Origin: Candidatus Methanoperedens sp.
GTDB lineage: Archaea; Halobacteriota; Methanosarcinia; Methanosarcinales; Methanoperedenaceae
Reading direction: 5' to 3'
NCBI GenBank assembly: GCA_027460535.1
Contig: JAPZAR010000024.1
Location: 30,001 to 62,000 of the forward strand
Length of the DNA stretch: 32,000 bases
Part shown: positions 26,183 to 32,000 of the stretch, one piece after another
How the letters are laid out: each line of letters starts with the position of its first letter
How positions within the stretch are numbered: the first letter of the stretch is position 1
Made by a program: the position numbers and the translations under genes
The notes under the pieces: model-generated
What the model was told of the DNA's origin: nothing
Database searches by the model: none
The model's input: the letters and a program-made list of their open reading frames with translations, nothing else

Positions 26183-27647
26183 CCTGGGAATAGCTCCTTT
26201 TGAATTTCAGGGCAAGTTCGGCTTTCATTAGCTCTCTTCCCAGATAACCTGCGTGGTCAAGGAGGGAAACGAGACCGAGCCTGGTTATGGTGTCCAGGAC
26301 ATCTCTGGCCGTTGCACCTGTGATGGATTTATTTTTATTTCTAGCTACTATTTTTCCAGGATAAATCTTGCCATCCCTTATCTCTTCACCCGTTATCTCA
26401 ATTTTAAAGCAGCCGGCGGGGTCAAGATGCCATTCTTCACCGCCAATGGCCTCTACGGGATGGGAAGGCATCGTGCCGAATTCCCGCCTTCTTTTCTCCT
26501 TGGCGATCAGAAGGTCAAATCCGAGGTCCTTGGGAGCGCTGCCGCGATCCCGTGCAAGCATCATCATCATAGATGCTGTTTTTAATTCCGAGACGCTGCC
26601 ATGTGATTTATCGCTGAATTCAGGCGTGAACAGGATGCCGGCATCAAGTTCCATTGCAAGACCGCAAAGCATGGCATTGATCCCGGGTGAATCGGCATCT
26701 ATGAGTTCCGTCACATTCCCCGCGCCGAAAAATAATGGCGTTGTCGTATCGCGCTTCCTGAACTCGTAATACCTTTCAATAGATTCCACAAGCCCGTGAC
26801 CCGGAGGATCAAGCACGGGATCGGCAATAATGTTCTTTATTCCGAAGTTCTTAACCGATTCGATATTATTGAACAGGCTTTCCAGTTCACATGAACAATC
26901 GGGGATAATTACAGCAACTGCAGAGTTCCTGACAATGTTCTCCTTTACCTCGCTGATGTTTTCAGAATTCAGGCTCAACACGATATCTATTCCTGCATCC
27001 AGGCCAGCATTTATCAGATCCGGTTCGAGAGTATCGATACTGATAGGCAGAGACGTAACCGAGCTGGCTGTTTCCACCGCCTTCCTTGCTTCTTCCAGTG
27101 TGGTATCCAGTGAAATGCCAAGGTCGATGATATCTGCTCCCTGTGCTGCAAAATATGAAATCCTATTGGTCAGATCATGTTGCGATAAATGGCCTGCATC
27201 CACTATCTCGGCCATCACTTTCATACGCGAATTCCCACCCAGCTTTACTCCTTTCAAAATCAAAGAGAAATTAGCACTATCCTCAAGCTCAACGATCTTT
27301 TCAAGAGCGCTGCCGCGTCTTTTTTCTATCAGCAGTTCACAGGCAGGGACTCTGGTAGAGAAAGTCGTATCTTCTGCAAATGAAAGAATAAAACCGAGAT
27401 CGAATGCATGTTTAGGGCCAAGGCGGATAGGTGCCCCTATCTCATTTTCCAGCCGAGAATAATCGCCCGATGCCAGACCCGGAATAAGTATCAGATCATA
27501 TTTCTTTGCGGGCAGAGCCCTTCTAAGCAGGGCAGGGGTTGTGAACGCAGCCACGTCTATATCCAGAACAAGCACGTCCGCTTCACCCTTTACCGATTTC
27601 TTTACGGTACTCTCCGCCAGCCGTCCTGTTACGACAAGGATGTTCAT
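26169..27647 (-). CDS. Dihydropteroate-synthase-like pterin-binding protein (archaeal three-domain type, probable methanopterin biosynthesis)
   Basis: 492 aa. The central DHPS blocks are GADIIDLGIS, LPISIDTLEP and IIADPVLDPPGHG. The C-terminal block is LDPAGCFKIE...LLDHAGYLGRELMKAELAL. Its end overlaps the start of the downstream radical SAM gene by 14 nt. Confidence 0.7.
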   Translation of the reverse strand: MNILVVTGRLAESTVKKSVKGEADVLVLDIDVAAFTTPALLRRALPAKKYDLILIPGLASGDYSRLENEIGAPIRLGPKHAFDLGFILSFAEDTTFSTRVPACELLIEKRRGSALEKIVELEDSANFSLILKGVKLGGNSRMKVMAEIVDAGHLSQHDLTNRISYFAAQGADIIDLGISLDTTLEEARKAVETASSVTSLPISIDTLEPDLINAGLDAGIDIVLSLNSENISEVKENIVRNSAVAVIIPDCSCELESLFNNIESVKNFGIKNIIADPVLDPPGHGLVESIERYYEFRKRDTTTPLFFGAGNVTELIDADSPGINAMLCGLAMELDAGILFTPEFSDKSHGSVSELKTASMMMMLARDRGSAPKDLGFDLLIAKEKRRREFGTMPSHPVEAIGGEEWHLDPAGCFKIEITGEEIRDGKIYPGKIVARNKNKSITGATARDVLDTITRLGLVSLLDHAGYLGRELMKAELALKFKRSYSQDDKF

Positions 27648-28310
27648 TTATTTCAGTCCAAAGAGCCCTCTTATTCCATCAGAAATAAAGCCGACCGCGA
27701 TCGCCCCCAGGAATAGGCCCATCAGTCGAGTCATTACCATCATACCCGTCATTCCAACCACTCTTGTAAAATAATCGGAGAACCTGAAAATCAAAAAGGT
27801 AATAAAAAAAGTAATGAGTATTGCTACTATTACCATTAATTTTGTCAACCCCATGTCTATCCCGAACTCCTGGGCTTTGGTAGAGGTATACAGAATTATC
27901 ATGGTAATCGCCCCCGGCCCCGTCAACATGGGCATCGCCATCGGGAAGACTGAGATGTTTTCCCTGTGCTCTGCATACGATAATTCTTCCGTAGTGATGC
28001 TCTCGCGTGTTGGTCTTGCGAATATCATGTCTATTGCAACCAGGAAAAGCAAAACACCTCCTGCCACTCTCAGGGAATCCACAGTGATCGCAAATAGGTC
28101 AAGGATAAAAACACCTAATACAGCGAAGATGATGGCAATAATGCAGGCGATCACCACAGAACGCCTGGCAACATAGATCCTGTCATCTTTACTCATGCGC
28201 GAAGTGATTGAAATAAAGGCCATTACGCCGCTTACCGGATTGATTATCGAAAATATGGCTAAAAAAGCCTGGATAAAAAAGGTAATTTCTGAAGAGAGGT
28301 TCACGGGCAT
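27648..28310 (-). CDS. MarC-family (UPF0056) integral membrane protein
   Basis: 220 aa with six hydrophobic segments. The N-terminal motif is FSIINPVSGVMAFISIT. Its stop directly abuts the ATG of the DHPS-like gene. Confidence 0.75.
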   Translation of the reverse strand: MPVNLSSEITFFIQAFLAIFSIINPVSGVMAFISITSRMSKDDRIYVARRSVVIACIIAIIFAVLGVFILDLFAITVDSLRVAGGVLLFLVAIDMIFARPTRESITTEELSYAEHRENISVFPMAMPMLTGPGAITMIILYTSTKAQEFGIDMGLTKLMVIVAILITFFITFLIFRFSDYFTRVVGMTGMMVMTRLMGLFLGAIAVGFISDGIRGLFGLK

Positions 28311-28333
28311 TAATGATATACTTCCTTTAAATG

Positions 28334-28846
28334 CTATTGAATGTTTTGTTTGGCCCGCCCCATGAATTCTCGCCCGAATGCGTACAGGTCTCGGGGATTC
28401 CTTGAAGTGACAAGGTTTCGGTCAACTACCACCTCTTTGTCCTCATAAAGCGCACCAGCCGATCTCAGGTCATCCCTGATACCGATATAGCATGTTGCTT
28501 TTCTTCCCTTCAGAAGCCCGGCTGATATCAACGTCTGCGCTCCATGGCATATCGCACCCACCGGTTTATTCTCCCTGAAAAAATACCGCGCGATCTCAAG
28601 CGCCCTCTCCTCAAGCCTGACCTTCTCAGGCGCCTTTCCTCCTGGAAGGATGAGCATATCGAACTCCTCCGGCTTCACCTCGCCAAAAGATATATCGACA
28701 TCAACCGAATAACCATGCTCACCCGTGATAATCCCTTTTTTCATGGAAGCTACCTTTACTGTGATCCCTTCTTCCTTCAATCTGTTGAGTGGATAGAAGA
28801 GTTCCATATCTTCAAAATTATCCGCGCTTAGAACGAGTGCTTTCAT
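28334..28846 (-). CDS. DJ-1/PfpI-family protease or deglycase
   Basis: The track ORF extends to 28945. ATG 28846 lies 6 nt after GGAGGT and gives MKALVLSADNFEDMELFYPLNRLKEEG, about 170 aa. The nucleophile elbow is GAICHGAQTLISAGLLKGRKAT. Confidence 0.85.
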   Translation of the reverse strand: MKALVLSADNFEDMELFYPLNRLKEEGITVKVASMKKGIITGEHGYSVDVDISFGEVKPEEFDMLILPGGKAPEKVRLEERALEIARYFFRENKPVGAICHGAQTLISAGLLKGRKATCYIGIRDDLRSAGALYEDKEVVVDRNLVTSRNPRDLYAFGREFMGRAKQNIQ

Positions 28847-29079
28847 TACCTGACCTCCCTTGATACAGTCTATGTCGATGGTTCTATTAATCTCTTTTGT
28901 GTCCCGAAAAAACCTATGTGCAAATTGAATGGGGGACATAAGCATTATCGTGCACCGTGCTCGGATAGATATCCAAAATTATCCATGAAAACCAGGAAAT
29001 CGACCGATTAGTTTCACCCCGTTTACATCAAATATATCTGCAGAAAATACTTTTTCTATACCTAAGGAGCGTGAGATTT

Positions 29080-29304
29080 ATGGAATTAATCATCAAAAGT
29101 GCAGGAATCGAAAGGAATGGTATATACATGCAGGATGTTCAAGGGCAATTCTTCATAAGAGAGTCAGGGGGAATAGATTACAGCTCTGCTATCGTGCTGC
29201 TGCGAAACCTTGGAGAAAGGAAGGAAATCACGTCAATGGAAAGGGATGCTTTGTCTGTGGCTCTCCGATCTCTCCAGCGCGCTGCCACAAAATCAACATC
29301 ATAA
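29080..29304 (+). CDS. Hypothetical small protein
   Basis: ATG 29080 lies 10 nt after AAGGAG. The 74-aa product (MELIIKSAGIERNGIYMQDVQGQFFIRESGG...) matches no family I recognise. Confidence 0.4.
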   Translation: MELIIKSAGIERNGIYMQDVQGQFFIRESGGIDYSSAIVLLRNLGERKEITSMERDALSVALRSLQRAATKSTS

Positions 29305-29754
29305 CTGCCATCGCTTTTAGACGCATTGATCATGAAATGAAGAGTGCAAAGAAATTAAAAGTTTGGATTATTGAAATCCCTGGAGTTGCACACTTTCGAA
29401 GAAATGGTGTGGAGAGTGCCATGTAAAAGCGCTGTGTGCAGGCCTCGTACATGGTATAGGGTTTGTGACTGCAGGCGATGGGTGTTTCGTGCTTCCGTTA
29501 TACATATTGAACATGAATAACAATTGTGGCGCCAAAATTAGGGCACAAATAGAATTATAATAATGGGGAAATAGAGGCTGGTCATTCTATATAAAATGAA
29601 TTTATAGCCTCTAATACCCTTAGTGGGTTTAATCACTATGTCAATCGATCCTGCATAGAGCATGAACTCCAAATAAGAGTATGAAAAAATTTAATACTGG
29701 TGAAACTTATTTATATAATAATGATTATATGATACGTGTGAGACGGATTCGAAA

Positions 29755-29941
29755 ATGAGAAAATTGTTCAAAATATTTGGAGCTCGACATGGGAATCTCT
29801 AAGAAATACGATGGGACTGGCCTTGTGATTTCAAAGTATCTGGTTAAGATTTACGTATGTAGAATCACTACAGAGAGCAAGTTTGGTGAAGGCAGTACCT
29901 TTACGTTTTTATTGCCGTTAAAGCAAAGAAGGGGGATTTAG
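29755..29941 (+). pseudogene. Decayed C-terminal remnant of a histidine kinase (HATPase_c G2 box region)
   Basis: The frame ending at TAG 29939-29941 reads KKYDGTGLVISKYLVKIYVCRITTESKFGEGSTFTFLLPLKQRRGI*. Compare the canonical GTGLGLaISk.lve.mgG.I.veSe.G.GStF.f.lP; here the second GL and the GG are lost. The upstream part (MRKLFKIFGARHGNL*) is in another frame, and no sensor or DHp region is present. Confidence 0.6.
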
Positions 29942-29944
29942 GTT

Positions 29945-31006
29945 ATGAAAGTGCTCGTGGTTGAGTATAACCCAGACAATATGAAACTGGCGCTTGAAAT
30001 ACTGAATGCGCAGGGCTATACAGCTCACGGAGTTGTAGATGGAGAGGCGGCAATCAAGGCGGCAGAAATAGAAGTTTATGATTTGATACTGATGGATATA
30101 GCGCTGCCTGGTATTGATGGCTTTGATGCTACAAAAATAATCAAAAGCAAGCCTCAGTACAAAGATGTAGCAGTGATAGCATTAACGGCATATCCTCTCA
30201 AAGAGAATAAAAAAAGGTTACTCGAAGCAGGTTTTGTTGATTATTTATCAAAACCAATTGATGTAGTTGCGTTCATGAAAATGATGGGGAAATACAGAAT
30301 AAAATGGTATGAAAAAATACGACCATCTATAAAAATGAAAGAATGGATTAAGCCCACGGGTTTAAACGTGCTGGATAATATGATGGATGGGGGGCTTTTT
30401 TCAGGTTCCCTGGTGTATATACTGTCTGACCCGCAGATCGATTCAGAGATTTTTTTATTTCACTTTACTCAACCCAGAAAGTGCTTTTACATCGTCACTG
30501 AGAGAGAATCCAAGTACGTCATTCAAGAAATAGAAAAACTCGGTTTTGATATCTCAAATATTGAGTTTATAGATATTTTCAGCGTTCATCATTCTTATTT
30601 GGTAAACGAAACTGACCACAAGTCACTGGAATTTGTGAAAAGCAAGTTGCAGGGTATAAAAGAAAAAGATTTAACAATAATTATAGACACTTTTAATTTT
30701 TTCCCACTCTTGAATGAAGGAAGGGACAGTATAAAGGAATTTGTGAATTTTCTTTATAACTTTGCCAAAAATAATGATGCCATAATTTACCTGCTTTCAT
30801 TGAGGAATACGATTGATAGCAAGATCGAGAATGAAATCATGTGGCAATGTGATGTTATTTTTGATATAAGTTGTGTGAGGGATCCGGATAAAATAATAAA
30901 TGAACTTAGGATAACTAAAGCTAAGAATATCAACGCGGCAACCGATACCATCAAGTTTTTCATCAAGGGAAAAGTACTAATAGATTCTTCGAAGGAGATT
31001 GTTTAG
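29945..31006 (+). CDS. Response-regulator receiver domain fused to a KaiC/RecA-like domain that lacks the Walker A P-loop
   Basis: The REC domain covers aa 1-118 (VLVVEYNPDN, DLILMDIALPGIDG with Asp51, VIALTAY, LSKP). The C-terminal region TGLNVLDNMMDGGLFSGSLVYILSDPQIDSEIFLFHF...LTIIIDTFN...ELRITKAKN follows the KaiC-like template (GI.gLD..lgGGlp.Gs..li.G.pGtGKT...vviDS...l.i.K.R). SDPQIDSE stands where GxxGxGKT is expected. Confidence 0.7.
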   Translation: MKVLVVEYNPDNMKLALEILNAQGYTAHGVVDGEAAIKAAEIEVYDLILMDIALPGIDGFDATKIIKSKPQYKDVAVIALTAYPLKENKKRLLEAGFVDYLSKPIDVVAFMKMMGKYRIKWYEKIRPSIKMKEWIKPTGLNVLDNMMDGGLFSGSLVYILSDPQIDSEIFLFHFTQPRKCFYIVTERESKYVIQEIEKLGFDISNIEFIDIFSVHHSYLVNETDHKSLEFVKSKLQGIKEKDLTIIIDTFNFFPLLNEGRDSIKEFVNFLYNFAKNNDAIIYLLSLRNTIDSKIENEIMWQCDVIFDISCVRDPDKIINELRITKAKNINAATDTIKFFIKGKVLIDSSKEIV

Positions 31007-31281
31007 AAACTGAAAATCAGCGCACCTGAAAATTTTGAATCATTTCTATAAATCGAATTGTTTCATCCAATTTTTTTAAACATTTTCTTTCAGCATGCGA
31101 AAATAAATCAAGAATTGCTGCACTCGATCATTCCACCAAAATCCACGCTAATAATAAAATATCCATTTTCCCATTTTTTCAGGATAATCTTAAATATAAA
31201 AACTAAGGTAATATGAGGCTCTGTTGTTCTTAAAAAGCTGGTAATAATCCATGTTTTCATTTAAAATGTGAAGGTATTCTG

Positions 31282-32000
31282 ATGGTGGTTCATACCTATT
31301 TGTTCTTTGGACTTGTAATCTTTTATCTGATCGGGGCTGTACTATCTGTTATATTAAACAGGAAGGACCGACTGGTCACGTATGCTTCATTCTTGAGCGC
31401 AGCCCTGGCATCGCTGCTGGGAATAGGTTTTTCATTCTTCGTTCTCTTCGGTGAGACCTTTACTTTCGCTTTGCCTGGCCCGACTTTCTTGAATTTCAGC
31501 GTTTTTGTGGATAAGCTGTCTGCATTTTTCATACTCGTAATTTCGATCGTGGCTTTTGCAGTCTCAATATACTCTCTGGGGTACGTTCGCGAATATTTCG
31601 GGAGAAAGAATATCGGCTACCTTTGTTTCCTGTATAACATATTCATCCTTTCAATGATCCTGGTGGTCTCCTCCAGCAACACACTGATGTTCCTGATCGT
31701 CTGGGAATTGATGTCACTTGTTTCGTATTTCCTGGTGATATACGAGCATGAAGAAGCCGAGATAAGAAAAGCAGGCTTCATCTATATCGTGATGACGCAT
31801 ATCGGGACGGGATTCATCCTCATATCGCTTCTTATCCTGGCAAGCTCAAGCGGCAGTCTCGATTTCGGGACATTCCGTGGCCTGACAATGTCACCTTTTC
31901 TCAAGGATATAGCATTCCTGTTCGCCCTGATAGGCTTCGGGACAAAGGCGGGGATCGTCCCGCTGCATATATGGCTGCCTTATGCCCATCCTGCCGCGCC
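31282..32000 (+). CDS. HyfB-like proton-pumping membrane subunit (complex I NuoL/M/N - Mrp antiporter family), N-terminal part; continues beyond the window
   Basis: Missing from the ORF track because it has no stop in the window. ATG 31282 gives MVVHTYLFFGLVIFYLIGAVLSV... The blocks VDKLSAFFILVISIVAFAVSIYSLGYVREY, SSGSLDFGTFR and GIVPLHIWLPYAHPAA closely parallel E. coli HyfB as I recall it (MDSLSAFMVLVISLL...SLYSLTYMREY, ESGSLDFASFR, PLHSWLPRAHPAA). Confidence 0.8.
   Translation, partial: MVVHTYLFFGLVIFYLIGAVLSVILNRKDRLVTYASFLSAALASLLGIGFSFFVLFGETFTFALPGPTFLNFSVFVDKLSAFFILVISIVAFAVSIYSLGYVREYFGRKNIGYLCFLYNIFILSMILVVSSSNTLMFLIVWELMSLVSYFLVIYEHEEAEIRKAGFIYIVMTHIGTGFILISLLILASSSGSLDFGTFRGLTMSPFLKDIAFLFALIGFGTKAGIVPLHIWLPYAHPAA

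Noticed and set aside
28847-28945. N-terminal 33-residue extension of the PfpI ORF, and similar extensions at 2922, 10931, 15433, 3784 and 21343
   Set aside because: Internal ATGs with good GGAGGT-type RBS or TATA spacing give N-termini that match the family consensus. The extensions start at non-ATG codons or lack signals.
29339-29517. Two short overlapping-frame ORFs, one Cys-containing (MVWRVPCKSAVCRPRTWYRVCDCRRWVF...), in the 640-bp spacer
   Set aside because: It could be a decayed zinc-ribbon gene, but the two pieces are in different frames, have Arg/Trp/Cys-rich composition and lack start signals. The evidence is insufficient.
29735-29760. TTCGAATCC-like string on the minus strand, considered as a tRNA T-arm
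   Set aside because: The flanking bases cannot form the 5-bp T-stem (TCATT versus CCGTC), and no acceptor or anticodon arms could be built. I could not support a tRNA anywhere in the window by eye.

Overview
Archaeal chromosomal window. The gene content (mer, an fpoF-like gene, archaeal NMNAT, anaerobic cbi genes, a CetZ-like tubulin, a HyfB-like subunit, TATA-box and leaderless starts) suggests a Methanosarcinales-type methanogen or methanotroph; that lineage call is inference only. Most of the window is tightly packed housekeeping: nadC/nadX, tatC, an M50 site-2 protease, cutA, metG, an MBL hydrolase, mer plus fpoF-like, nadM, hisA, a LeuD/HacB small subunit, the operon cbiT/cbiL-cbiF/cbiG/cbiH/cbiC, and a pfpI/marC/DHPS-like/radical-SAM operon. 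Four patches are not housekeeping. (1) 8975-10930: a Doc-like toxin cassette sits between a diverged duplicate of the metG 3' end, followed by AT-rich decayed DNA and a GC-rich structured element. (2) 21296-25084: an AT-rich island holds an unrecognised zinc-ribbon/Mrr-like nuclease/tandem zinc-knuckle protein and two MNT-HEPN modules. One HEPN gene is split by an IS200-type element and the other looks truncated. (3) 29755-31006: a decayed histidine-kinase tail lies next to a receiver domain fused to a KaiC/RecA-like domain with no P-loop. (4) 1-1982: a tubulin-like GTPase is tightly linked to a CARDB-type surface protein. I found no rRNA, tRNA or CRISPR array. All calls come from reading translations and motifs by eye; no searches were run.
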